From Bacilli bacterium (GTDB lineage: Bacteria > Bacillota_I > Bacilli_A > ML615J-28 > CAG-313), in assembly GCA_900770645.1 (NCBI GenBank), contig CAAGKY010000044.1, forward strand, positions 1 through 53,854: a DNA stretch of 53,854 bases, given 5' to 3'. This document shows positions 1 through 12,459 of this stretch, one piece after another. Positions within the stretch are counted from its first letter, which is position 1. Every line of letters begins with the position of its first letter. The notes beneath the pieces were generated by a model that had not been told where the DNA came from, did not search any database, and was given only the letters and a program-made list of their open reading frames with translations. A program made the position numbers and the translations under genes.

Positions 1-407
1 AATAAGTTTAAATTAGTTAAATAAGACGATACGTATAAAACTAGTTTTGTATTATTTTCTTCTATTTCGTATATTAATTTTTGGCTTATTCCATTCGCAT
101 TAAGTATAGCTTGTGCAGCAATTAATACAGATTTTAAACTGCCTTTATATTTTAAAACTTTAGGTAAAACTGAGCAAACTGCTACTAATTGTTTACTGTC
201 ATAATTACGACGCATTTTAAAACCTAATGTTGTTGCTAATAAACTTAATGTTTGTTCATTAGTATTATCAGATAGTGGCAAATTATATAAGTTATCTGAA
301 TTAGTTTTTAAATAATTTAGAACTAAATCGTAGAGACGTCCAATAAATTGGAAGTCTCTAGATTGAGTATAATAAACTTGTGGAGTTAAATCTTGTAATT
401 TAATCAT
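1..407 (-). CDS. Baseplate protein, P2 gpI / XkdU-like (N-terminal part; gene runs off the window start)
   Basis: ATG 407-405 lies 2 nt after the TAA (412-410) of the J-like gene and the frame is open to nt 1. MIKLQDLTPQVYYTQSRDFQFIGRLYDLVLNYL...NEQTLSLLATTLGF resembles the gpI/DUF2313 family that follows baseplate J in P2/PBSX-type baseplates (by eye). Confidence 0.45.
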   Translation of the reverse strand, partial: MIKLQDLTPQVYYTQSRDFQFIGRLYDLVLNYLKTNSDNLYNLPLSDNTNEQTLSLLATTLGFKMRRNYDSKQLVAVCSVLPKVLKYKGSLKSVLIAAQAILNANGISQKLIYEIEENNTKLVLYVSSYLTNLNL

Positions 408-409
408 TT

Positions 410-3400
410 TTATACCCTCGAAGTTCTAGCTATTGTTATACCAGTTTTTAAATAATCTGTATCGATTTCTGAAATAACGAACTTATTATTAATATTATTG
501 CTATCATACCAAGTTAATGGATTTTTTAATAGTGTATCAGTAGATACAAGTGGATTTAGTTCAATTGCAGTACTAGCTAAAAGTGGAGCAGAGTAATAGA
601 AGTCTCTAGCTACTTCTCCATAATTTTTTATATCAAACATTAATTGTTCTAATTCATTTTCACATTCAGATTCTTCTCATAATTGATAGTCTAAAAGTGG
701 ATTAATATCTTTTACAATTCTTAAGTTATCAAATATAATATTTCCGCATGTTCCACATATTTCTAATCGTTGAACATTTGGATGTATTTTAATCATATTA
801 AATCCTCTTTGAAGATTAATATGATTTTGATTAGAAATTTCAGTTTCAGAATTTAATTTTTGTAAACCATCGAATCTAGAGTTCGAGTTATATGCTACAA
901 TTCTAGCTTGAGCTTTAATCTTATTAGTATCATCTGTTGTACTATAGACTTTATCATCAAAAGTTCAATAGAACATAGCTAGTCCAAATGTGTTATCTAA
1001 TAAACTTATAGATAAGTCAAAATCTTTTGTTGCTACGTTAAAACTTCCAAAACCTCCAAAATCTTCAATTAAGCTATCAAGATCTTCTTCTGAAAGTTGT
1101 CCTTCTAGTCTATCAATAAGATTTATACTATTTTTTAAGTTCTTTTTAGCAATAATAAATTCGTCATTTCCAACAAGACTTAGCTCAATAAATAAATTGC
1201 TAGAGTCAATAGCTTTGAATCTAAATAATTCATTATTTGCTCAGTTATTAAAGTTTCCAAATAAGTAGTATGGAGATTGTATTTTTATACTTGTATCCTC
1301 TCTAGGTAAGTCAACAGTTTGGTTACTTAGAACTCGATTTGAGTATAATGTTTTACCTGTATATTTTAGTTCTCCAGATGTTTCATCTTTTTTACCAATA
1401 AATACACCTTCATCACTAGTACCAAAACCAATAATCTTTATTAGATATCTATTAGATTCAGAAATAGAAAATTTCATTTGTTTGTTTTCGTCTGATTCGT
1501 CTATATTAGGTTCACCAATAAATGTATATTTAGTAAATAAACAGTCATTATTAGTATAATTATTAAGTGATAAAGTCGAACCGTCTTTAGTAACAATCTC
1601 ATTTCTTTTAGTAATTTTTAGTCTAAAATCTTTATTAGTTGTCTCGGTAAGCTCTCCATCCACAATTGCACTACTTTGTGTAACGTCTATTTCACTAACT
1701 GCTCCTAAACAAAGAGAATTAGGCTGAATAGTTAAAGGAATGATTCTATTTTCAGCATCTCTAGTAGGTTTTAATTCTATATAGCTATCTTCAAGTCTTC
1801 CAGTAGAAGCGTTAGTATAGAAGACTTTAATTTCATCACCTTCATGTAAAGTTTGAGGATTACCAGAAGACATATTAAAATCTAATCTGCTCTTAACCTT
1901 TCAGCTTAATCCAGGTATATTGATTGTTGGAAGAGTTTTACTACCTCCTTCAGCTAATGTATACTTAGCTGAGGCCACTGGAATTCATTCTGTACTGTCA
2001 ATATCTTTTTCTAAAGATACTACATCTTGATCTGCAGCTCTAGTTTCAATTATATTTCTAGACGCAAAATTCAGAGTGTCACCGCTAGTTAAAGATAAAT
2101 ATTGATTTTCAATTACATAAATAGCTTTATCATCAGAATTTAATACAAAAGTATTTCATGGAATATCAGTTTCTACTCAATTCTGTTCAACAACTTCTAT
2201 AGAAATTTTATCAGATCCAGATGAATTTCTCTTTAGTTGATTAATACCATTTTTTACTATAATCGATCCAGCGCCATAGTACGCAAAATCAGTCTTATTT
2301 TGGTCTGTATAGAATAAGTATTCTCCTTCTTTTAACGTATAAGCATTATTTCCACTTTCTGGAGCGCTTATTTCATTGTCACTATAAACTTCTTCAAATT
2401 TAAATTCTTGAGTATATGCATTTGGGTCATCACTGTTTAACATTCAATATAAATTAATAATTCCGTCAAGTTTTACTTTTGCAACTTCTCTAATTTCTAT
2501 TTGTTCATTTGTTCCTAAAGTAAACATTCCATCTGGGTTTGAAACTTCAGTAAAATTAAAACCATCTTTTTTAGATCATGAGTGCCCAGTTGTATTGTAA
2601 GTTCTACTATTAGTAAGTTCGAAATTTGGACGAATAATTGTTCCTTGACCATAATATTTATTTATAACAGTCTTTGTTTCAACATTATTTTCATCTGTAC
2701 TAGAATCTGTATAATTTATTAATAAATACTCGTTTTCACCTAGTTGATACTCTGAGTTGACCGCAATATGAGAGTTTTTACCATCTCTTCCTAATCCGTC
2801 TCTAGTATATTCTTTTTCTACGTCGCTATCATGAGTGACTGGAATATAGAAATTTTGTAAAGTAGTTGAATTATGTTGAGTATTAACTGTAGTTATTTTA
2901 GTATATCCTTGTCTTAAATTATCTCTTAGTTTTCCTGGAACACTATTTAAGTCAACACCATTATTTTTATAAATTCCACTTAGATTTAAATCATATTCAT
3001 TATTTCTTTTTCCTGTAACCCAATTATCTCAGATTCCTAAAGTAGAGCTATCAAATGGAAGAACATAGAATTCATATGTACCATTTTCGACAGAATCGAC
3101 AGAAGTAGCTTTACTATATCCGTGTTCACCTTGAGTGTCAGCAACTAAAATTTCTCCGTATTCTAATCGTTTGCTAGTAACTCAAGAATTATATATCTCT
3201 TTTCTTTTTATTGCTTCTTCTGCATTTACTATTAGAGATAGTTTTACTAAGCTACTTGAATTATTAATCATAAGCTTATAAAATTTTTCAGATGTATCTA
3301 TTTGAATAAATTTTAAGATTGTTTGCATTGTAGCCGGATAATATGGTTGCTCTTGACTTAATTGATCATTTAGATTAAAATAGTAATTTACATATGCCGG

Positions 3401-5371
3401 ATAAGTAATTGCTGTTCTTAAATTAGGCATTCTAAATTGGATTACTTGATTATCTTTTAGTTTAATTCCATCGTCTTTTTCTGTATATAGACTTTGTGAG
3501 ACTTTAAAATTTGAAACTAATTTTGAAATATATTTCGAATCATCTGGCCCATATTCAACAGAATACTCTGAAGAGTATCTAGTATCTCGATAATCATGTG
3601 CAAAACTATTATCGTAACTAAACGCTGCGATACGACCAGCTAAAATATTTCTTAATACTAATTTATTATACAGTTGTTTAGTTAAAATAGCTTCGTCTGA
3701 ATTAGAATCTTCCATACTAGCTAAAAGATACTCTGAATTATCTTTAGTACAGATCTTAGTTACTAATACTGGGTCATCTAAATTAATATCCTTAATTCTA
3801 GAGTCCGCATTTATGATTTCGTCAACTAGAAGATTATAAGGGATTTCTTCACCAAAATCGATATGTCTAGCATTAAATTTATCAAATATTCTTGTACGAA
3901 TATTTTTTAAGATTTCTCTACCTTCTTCAGAAGTAACTTTTTTATGAGTATAAACTTGTGCTTTTAGTTGTAAATAATTTTTAATGCATGTGATATCATC
4001 ATGACTAGGTGATTTTAATTTATGCGAAATAGTTTTTACTTCATTTATTTCTTTTTCAATTAAAGTATTATTAGATGCATCGTATTTAAATGAGTTATTG
4101 TATTCTCTTTCATCATTTACTCCATAAATAGTTTTAAATGGATATAAAATTAAATCACAGTGATCAATTTTATCTTTTCTTTCAGCATCTTGCAATGATT
4201 TATTTGAATAACTAATTCCATAGTCATTAAAAGAACATAAAGTAATTGCATTATTAATATCATCTCTAATATCTGAGACTATAATGTTTGAAACTAGTGG
4301 AGTAGCACTATTTTCATTCATAGTTAATTGATATATTTTATTCATATAGTCTCTACAAGTGACTAGAGTCTCAAAAGTACCAATAGTTTTTTTATAATTA
4401 TTATAAGCATCATTTAAACTCTCTGGGTCTGAACCGTTTAGCGCAGAAGTAATTTGTTTGACTCTAAAGTTTTCTTCGGACAATTTTTTAATTGGATCGT
4501 CTTCTGCAACAATATTAGTTCATTCTGCTGGAATAGTTAATTTTGATAGATTACCAGCTGATTTATTTCCGTTTACGCCAGATGTTCTAATATATTGAAT
4601 CTTTAAACCTCTTTTAATTAAATGACTAATATCTTCTGGAAATTGAACATAAGGAAGTTTACTCGTAGAATCAATACCAAATTTAAATACTCTAGACCCA
4701 GCAAAGTTAATATTTAAATTATCAACTTTTTCTCAAAGTTCTTCTTCAATATTATCACTAATATTACTAATAAAAATACCATTTTCTGCAATACCAATTT
4801 CAGGTAAAAAATATCTATTATTATCATCTAATTGTCTTAATGAAATTACATTATCTGAATCGCTTTCACATGTAACTAATTCACCTTCGATTGCATAAAC
4901 AGTTCTATAAGGTTCGTTTTTATAGATTTTAAATGATTCTAACGTAACATAGTTTATATCTTCATCTTCGTTAGTTAAATTAACAAATTTAGGAAAATAG
5001 ATACCAGTTGGAAAATCGTTTCAAGATAAGCTCTCTTGCTCTTTAAACTCAATGCGTACCTTACATGTAGCTGATTGATAGTATTTCATACTATAACCCA
5101 TCATTTCAGTTAACTTTCTCATAGATTCTTCTTGCGTGGCTGATGGCATAAATGCTTCTAAAGTATTTTTATCGATATTATAGTTTATTTTATCTGCAAT
5201 CGCTGTCAATGCTTTTAATAATACTATACCTGGGTCTGACTCATTAGTTGCATTAGGAGTCCATCTATCAGAAATCTTACTAGCTAAATCTAAAAGTTCA
5301 GCTCATATTTGATAGTAATCTTTTTTTGTAGGTGAAAGTACAACATTGTTTAATTCTTTATTTGTAATCAT
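410..5371 (-). CDS. Giant baseplate J (gp6)-like protein fused to a long C-terminal extension (1653 aa), candidate fiber/receptor-binding region
   Basis: One table-4 ORF joins track ORFs 5021-5209, 3182-4483, 2177-2443, 1241-1873 and 410-640 (same frame). I walked every codon between them: 15 in-frame TGA, no TAA/TAG. ATG 5371-5369 with GGAGAG upstream; TAA 412-410. The N-terminus ...NESDPGIVLLKALTAIADKINYNIDKNTLEAFMPSATQEESMRKL... is baseplate-J-like. I do not recognise the distal ~900 aa. Confidence 0.8.
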
Positions 5372-5382
5372 TTCTACTCTCC

Positions 5383-5781
5383 TTATTTAATTGTTTCTTT
5401 TTCGTCAAATAATACTAATTGATATGTATTTAATGTAAAATCACTTTGATTAATACCACTAAACTCACAATATAGTTTTCCAGTTTCTCTATCTTGGAAT
5501 ACTAAAATATCTTTTCTTTTTACTTTTATTTGAGGAATAAAAGTAGCTAATTGTGTATAGATCATGTCGATTATTTGATCTTTTAAAACATAATTATTTT
5601 GATTGAATAAGTAATGGCGTAATAATAGCCCAAAATATGGGTCACCAATTAATTCTCCTCGTTCTGATTTTAACAATAGTTTTATATTTTGTTTTGTTGC
5701 TTGATCAGTTTCTGTACTTTTTCATACTTGAGTTGTACTAGATTTTGAACAGAACATTTTAGGAAATTTTATACTTCGCAT
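5383..5781 (-). CDS. Baseplate wedge protein, GPW/gp25-like (132 aa)
   Basis: ATG 5781-5779 after GGAGG; TAA 5385-5383; one in-frame TGA (5724-5722). SERGELIGDPYFGLLLRHYLFNQ matches the gp25/GPW signature. Sits directly upstream of the J-like gene. Confidence 0.75.
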
Positions 5782-5813
5782 TAAGCTATTACCTCCCTAA
5801 TAATTTTTCAATG

Positions 5814-5827
5814 TCATATAATTTAGC
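5814..5827 (-). promoter_or_regulatory. Conserved intergenic motif copy 1 (minus strand GCTAAATTATATGA), promoter candidate for the gp25/J/gpI unit
   Basis: Lies between terminator 5867-5901 and the GGAGG/ATG of 5383-5781. The 23-nt block 5813-5835 is identical to 13404-13426. Confidence 0.5.
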
Positions 5828-5866
5828 TTATTATTCAGATATATTTAATAAATTTATTTTAACAAT

Positions 5867-5901
5867 AAAAAAATACTTGTTAAAAGAAACAAGTATTTTT
5901 T
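5867..5901 (-). terminator. Rho-independent terminator after the hub gene
   Basis: Stem ATACTTGTT/AACAAGTAT (5873-5881/5888-5896) with a 6-nt loop. A-run on plus equals a T-run on the minus transcript. Abuts the TAA at 5902-5900. Confidence 0.75.
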
Positions 5902-7186
5902 AAATCGTATTAGAGTCATCACCAATTATTCTTACTAAACTGAGAGTTGTCTTATAACCTTGTTCATTAATTGAGTCAATTTGTTGAGTAATTAAGTATG
6001 TTCCAGACGCATTATGTTTACGTCCACCAGGAAAAATTACATTCAACTTTAAATAGCTCATAAGTAATGCAGGACGTAATAATCCTTGAACGGTGATAGT
6101 CGCTTTAATTGGATACTTAGTCATTTTTGTTCATCAAACAAGATCTTCTGGTAATGTAGTAGAGAAATCATTTTTTGAAGTAACTGATGGAGATCAGATT
6201 GTTTGTCATTTACCATTATTATCTAGTCTTTGTACATAGTTTTTAGTATTTAGTTCACTAGTATAGTCGTATAACATTGAATAGTTTTCATCTTGGTCAA
6301 TCGAAAAGTTAGTTACAATGGTTCCAGAGTTTCCAAAGCCTAAGTCTATTGTGAAAGCATCATTTCGATTAATTTTATGAGAAATTCTTGAAACTTTGAA
6401 GTACGGTCCTTTTATATTTAGTCCTAAACTTTCATTTATTTTTTCATAAGTTGAATCGTCATGAATTGTAAGTACATAGATGTCTGAATCCACATTAGTA
6501 TTATTTCTAGAGCTCTTCGGAATCATGCAGTTAACTAAATACATAACATAATCTAATGCAGAAATATTTTTTTTAGTTGAAATTTCAACTAATTTATCAT
6601 CTCCAGCAATTAACTTATCAATATTATTTCTATTCATTCCTGTAAATAGTTGAGTTAATCCATATTTACTTGATGATAATAATCGCTTTATCTCTACACT
6701 AGGTTGTTTTAATCCACCAGGAAAAGTTCAGTTACTAGACTTATTTAGAATTGAACTAGATGTAGCATTAATAACATATGTAATAACACTTCCAGTCATT
6801 GAAAATTGTTGAGTAACCTTTGTTATGATTGCTTCTTCGTCTTTAAACGCAAATGAAGGAGTACTCATATCTCCATAGCTAAAAATTATTTTTCTTGTCT
6901 TACTAACCGAAGAAAGAACTTTATCGAAAAAATTAGGATCATCGTTTGAGGTAACTGGATAGCTTACATTTAAAGTATATTGATTTATTTGTCCATTTAT
7001 TTTGGTTACAGTTAAACTTTTCACGAAATTAGGATATTGAACATTATAAATAGCCCCATAATTAAGATCACTTGACAATTTATTATTAGTTGTCTTGGTA
7101 AATACTCCAAAAGTGTAGTTGCCGATTGTCACCTTAATTCAAGGTACTTGAATTCTTGCTGGAGAAGATAATAAATTTCTATACAT
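5900..7186 (-). CDS. Baseplate hub protein, gpD/XkdQ/VgrG-like (428 aa)
   Basis: Joins track ORFs 6728-7132, 6206-6637 and 5900-6124 (one frame, 6 TGA including tandem TGA-TGA at 6136-6131, no TAA/TAG). ATG 7186-7184 after GGAGAA. C-terminus ...SGTYLITQQIDSINEQGYKTTLSLVRI resembles late-control-D/XkdQ hub proteins. Confidence 0.55.
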
Positions 7187-7512
7187 TATCGTAATTCTCC
7201 AAATACTATACTATTGATTTGTGGTATTTTTAGTGCTTCATAGTTATCTTTTAGTCGAATAAAGGCATCTTGAATATCATTGAAATAAGCTATTATTCAT
7301 CAATAAGTAGGATTATTATAATATTTCAATGCTATTTTATCTAGAGTATCTGCGTCAACGACTTTGTGAATAGCATATGGTACATTTTTTAATACATTAA
7401 GTCCAACTCCAGCAAATTCTCTATCATCAAGCTTGTGATAGTAATTTGGTACAGCAGAATATCTAGAGATATAGTCATATGAGATATAATTTTTATTTGT
7501 TACACTATCCAT
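7186..7512 (-). CDS. LysM-domain tail/baseplate protein (108 aa)
   Basis: ATG 7512-7510. Track ORF 7300-7512 continues through two consecutive TGA (7302-7297) to TAA 7188-7186, which overlaps the next ATG (TAATG). YAIHKVVDADTLDKIALKYYNNPTYWWIIAYFNDI is LysM-like. Confidence 0.65.
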
Positions 7513-7515
7513 ATA

Positions 7516-8130
7516 TTATTCCTCACTAAATCCCATATTACTACGTAAGCTTTGTACTACACCCCTAAATCCACCATTTTTAAATACTGTATCTGAGTCG
7601 TATGGATCTACTTCAGCTATTTGTAAAGATAAGTCTGCTTTTGCATATTTGCCATTTGACAAAATAGGCTTTCCATAAGTAATATTTATTCCACTTAGTA
7701 GCACACCTTTCACAAAGATTTCATTTCCTAATCTTAGTGCAATTAGTGGTGGTTCAACTGCTTTGGTTTCTCAGCTATATTTTGGTAAAGCTATTGCTTG
7801 TAATGCATTTAGCATATTGTCTAGATAATCTTCACCGTCTTTTAACTTAACATTACTTCCAGATAAGTTAATATCGTCCATTAAATCTCTGTGAAGTTTT
7901 ATATTTATTTGAACAGTTCTAGGTCCAGCACTACTAAAAGTATAAACTGGAGCTGTTCTTCCTAAAGCTTGAGTATCAGCAAAAGTTGATTGCATACTAT
8001 CAGATACTTCATCTGGCCAAAAGTATAGTTTTCAATATTGTAAACCTTCATCTAAATGTGAAATATATAAATATGAATCATCTAATAATCCATTTAATTT
8101 TCTACTATTTTTACTAATGTCTCTATTCAT
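7516..8130 (-). CDS. Hypothetical baseplate protein, possible tail-tube initiator (204 aa)
   Basis: Joins track ORFs 7771-7995 and 7516-7713 (same frame, TGA at 7773-7771 and 8034-8032). ATG 8130-8128. Lies between the tape-measure-distal gene and the LysM gene. Function inferred from position only. Confidence 0.3.
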
Positions 8131-9841
8131 AAGTTTCTACCACCTTAACTAATGACGGCTCCTCATAAATGTCAGTTTGAGCAAGTGTCATATTCTTATT
8201 ATCTACTTTGAATGTAAATAAATTTTCAACATCTTTATCTACGTATCCTAGAATATCATGATTAACTAAAACATTATTATGTTTTTTATTTATAAAATTG
8301 TAGAATAACACTTGAGCTGTAGGATTTCAGAAAGAGTCTGCAGGAACATCTGTTATAGCTAAAGATGCCATTCTACACGCTACATTCGCTCGTAGAGTAT
8401 TATCTGCAATGTCGTCTATGTGTGTTATATTATTTCCAATCAAATATTCAATAAGTCGATCTGCAAAAGGATAGCTAATTCCAGTATTTGCTTGTAATAA
8501 TTGTAACGGAGTAATTAATTTTTTTGAAATTTTTTCTAAGTCTCCATCTAAGTTTATTACTGTATGATTTGTTTTACGAATATTTTGTTTTTGGCATGTA
8601 CAGTTTATATTACCACAAGTACATTTATTTTTATAGATTATTTCTTTATTTAGAACATTATTTCTTATTTCTGTATTACTTTTTGAATCAAAGCTAGTAG
8701 ATAAGAATGAGTTTAAATAATTTGTATGATTACCTTCAAGAATAGTAATCGTTGATGTATTTTTAATTGGAACTTTAATGAATAATTTTAGAGTGTCTTC
8801 AAAAAGACTTAATCTAGATACTTCATCTTCAGTTAAAGTTTTTATAAAATCGTTTAACTTAGTATAGACCTCTGGTCTACTAAATTGTATAGAATTAAAG
8901 CAGTGATAAGTATTCCTAATAAGTCTTTCTAATAGTTCTTCTTCTAAGTCTTCTTGCTTTCCATCATTTAGATAATGACCGAATGATCCACAAAACATTT
9001 CAATAGCATGTTCGCTAGATAGAGCAATTGTATAATTTTGAAAAAATTTAACTGGAACCATATAAATCTTGTAACGATCATCTAAAGTATTAAATTCAGC
9101 AGTATACCCACTAAATTGAATTTTTGTATTTAGTGTAGAACATACTCGATTACTAAAACAATTATACAATGGCATTAAATTTAAGTTATTATAATCTCTT
9201 TGAAATCGTAAGTAGTCTCCAAGATACTCATGAGTATATGAGTCATATATGTTATTCTTTATAACTAAGTTTTTAGTTCAATTAGTATATTTTTTATTAT
9301 AGACATATGGTGTTCTATACATACTAGTTTTATTTTTTTTGTGAATATTTTCAAAATGAGTTAAATTATTACTTAAACCTATATGACTATCGTGCCAAGT
9401 GCCATCTAAATAGTATTGAATTGCATTATCTTTAATGTATGGAGTATAATTTAATACTTGTGGATACTTATTTAATTCTCAACTCTCTTCAATCGATGGT
9501 ACTTTATTATGAATTTTAGTACTGACAATTAAGTTTAACTCTTGCTTGCTTTTTTGTTCAGCTTCAAGAATGCACTCTCTTCAATTTTGTTTCACTGCCT
9601 TTAATAACTCGTTATATTCTTGTCTAGTTAGTAAATTACTAGACAGTTGAGTGTCTAATTCTTTTTTAACTGACTCGTAGGCATCGTCAATATTTTTTTT
9701 ACTTTCTTCTAGTCTCTTAGACGCATTTTTTGCAAATTCTTGTTGCTCTTTTGTATATACTCTAAATTTAGGTAAATTAAATGTGGCTAATAGTTGCTTC
9801 AAGTATCCAGTAAATATATTATCATTATTAAATTTTAACAT
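8123..9841 (-). CDS. Hypothetical tail/baseplate protein (572 aa)
   Basis: Joins track ORFs 9581-9841, 8327-9175 and 8123-8311 (one frame, 4 TGA, checked codon by codon). ATG 9841-9839 after AGGAGG; TAG 8125-8123. Contains the Cys cluster CTCGNINCTCQ. No family recognised. Confidence 0.6.
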
Positions 9842-9856
9842 ATTTTAATTTACCTC

Positions 9857-12160
9857 CTATATAATTCCATTTCCTTGTGTTGTAGACACAGTTTCATAGA
9901 TCTTAACTCGTAATGATGAAGTACCGTCTACGACATCATTCAATAGTTTATAAATACTAATTATATTATCATTTACTTCACTAAGTTTTACTTCTTCTGA
10001 TTCATCTGAAGCTGTTGCTAATTGACTCTTATTATCGTCATTAGCGTCAGACATTGTTTTTTCTTTCACGTCATTTCCGTCACTATTTCCAACTGTCATA
10101 CTTCCAGACTCAGACACACTTGCTCCACCGGCAGTACTTAATCTTGATCCATCACCACGAGTAACAGTCTTAATCTGATCAGTATTGTAGATTCCCATTG
10201 CTCCTAGTAATGGATGCATACCACTACCTAAGCCAATAGCCCCTTTTACTAGACCTGCAAGTATTTTACCCATTCCAGATAGTATGCCACCACCAACAGA
10301 CGCAACTTTCATTAGATCAGCTACAGTAGTATGTAAGTCAACAGTATTACCCATAACACTAATCATTGGAATAGGTATACCACCTACAAGCTCGTCTAAC
10401 ATATTAGAAACTCTTCATGTTGCATATAGTACTGGATTATTTGCGATTCCAGCTGCCGTAGTGTAATTGAGGTTTTCCCATAAGTTTGTCATCATTTCTC
10501 CAACACTCGTACGACCAATAGCAGTCCAAGTCATACTATTCAAATTTTTCATAGCTGAATTATAAGTTATTCCGTTTGAATTGATCGAAGAGATAGATGG
10601 AGCTAGATTTGCTACAGCTTTTAGATCTGACGCAGTTAATCCAAAGACGTTTGCGAATTGTTGTTGTACAACTTTACTTCCTTTAGATTCATTGTATATT
10701 TTTGCTAAATATTCTACCATAGCATTTAATAGTTCGTTAGTTGTATTAGCATTAAGTCCTTCACTCATTATTGATGAAATTGGTATATTAGCGCTATTCG
10801 CAGCCATGATTAATAGATTACTTGCTCCACCACTAGTTAATCCTTCTAGTTGCCCAGCTGCGATCTGTCCTAAAGTATTTCCGATGTTACTTACTGCAGT
10901 ATCAGACATACCTACAGAATAAAGTGAACCTAATCATTTTTGAACTTGATATTCAAAAGAAACAGCAGCTTCACCTGTCATCATAGACATAGCTTCTTCA
11001 ATATTAGACTTAATACCATTAGCTATTTGGCCCATATACTCAGTCGTTTCATACATATTATTTAAAAATTCATTTAATGCTGCTTCCATACCTAAACGCC
11101 CTGCAGTCGTATCTTGTTGTTGAATACGAACTAATCTCAATAACGTTCCATTAGTTGCATCAAATGTTGTAGCGATTTTGCTAGCTAATTCTTGTAAACC
11201 TGCACGTTGTTCTACGTTAAACGCAATACCTTGTTCTACCATGCTTGCGACACGCTCTGTAATTTTGCTTTGTTTAACTAGAACTGATGCTCCAGAAAAT
11301 GATGTAATATTAGCACTCATTAATTCTCAATAAGAACCAAAGAGATTTTTTTGTTTAGACCCATGCAATCTAGTATCTATTACAGACTTATACCCAGCTA
11401 CTGTTTCAATAGTGGAATTTAATTGCTTTACAAGACCCATTACAGTATCTTGTAAAGCTCGTCTTTCTTGTTTTTCAGCTTCAGCTTCAGCTTTTGCGAT
11501 TGTTTCTTCTGCTCTAGCTGTTGCCTCAGCATCAGTTTCATATCGCTCAATTCCTTCAGCGTCTACAATCTTACGTTTCTCATAGAGTTCTTTTCTAGTT
11601 TCTTCTAACTCTTCTAATTCTTCTATAGATCTTGGTCTGTCGAATGTTTTATATAACTTTGCGATACTTTTAGCATCACTCTCAAGAGTTTTTTCTCGAT
11701 CTTTTGCTTCTTTTTTTCGTCTTTTTTCTTCATCAATCGCGATTGCACGATTAGCTTCTCGTTCTTTTTTTATTCTTCAAGTAGCTAACTCTTCGAGATT
11801 TCTTTTCTCTTCTTCGAAACGTTTATCCGCTTCTTCTCTAGAAATTTCGCCTATTTCTCATAAAGCATTTATTTCTTCTTCTTTTTTCTTTTTGGCGTCT
11901 TCTAATTGTTTTGCTAATAATTGCTCATATTGATTCATATAAGCATTAGTTAGCTCATTAATCTGATCAAGCTGCATACGTTCTAAGAACTCTGCATTTT
12001 TAACCTTTAGACGATTTAATTCTTCTTCGAAACCTCTTTCATTAGCTCGTAAACGATTCAGAGCATCTATTTGAGCAGTTAAAGATGATGTTGTACCAAA
12101 ATTATCAGTACTATTTTGTTTATTAGGATTTCCTATTACATTTACACCTTGATTAATCAT
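9857..12160 (-). CDS. Tail tape measure protein (767 aa)
   Basis: Joins track ORFs 11858-12160, 10934-11320, 10415-10909 and 9857-10402 (one frame, 5 TGA, no TAA/TAG). ATG 12160-12158 after GGGAGA. Has an E/K/R-rich coiled-coil N-terminal third, then Gly/Ala/Ser-rich hydrophobic segments. Lies between the chaperone candidate and baseplate genes. Confidence 0.75.
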
Positions 12161-12192
12161 TATAATTCTCCCGTGTACTATTTATTTACTAT

Positions 12193-12459
12193 CTACTTCT
12201 TTTGTTGATTTTTCATTTGATCGATGGCTCTTTGTGTAGCTTTTTGTTTTTCATCAATACATTCTATTAAGTAAATTCTATCTTGACAACTTAAATCTAG
12301 CACGTCTGTATAACTAGTATTAAGCTCACTACTAATAAATCAACATTCTTTGACTAATTCTTTATATCTTTTTGGCCCGTAGGCTTTTCCATCTTTAGAT
12401 ATTAGTGGGTCTAAAAAACTCTGATCCGAAGCGAAAAAACGTATGTACCTCTCCTCCAC
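12193..12459 (-). CDS. Small ORF in the +1 frame overlapping the 3' end of 12395-13165 (possible frameshift extension or GTG-initiated 88-aa protein)
   Basis: Open from 12471 to TAG 12195-12193 with one TGA. There is no ATG in the overlap; the only start candidate is GTG 12459-12457. A T6 run (plus 12434-12439) lies inside the overlap. Confidence 0.3.
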
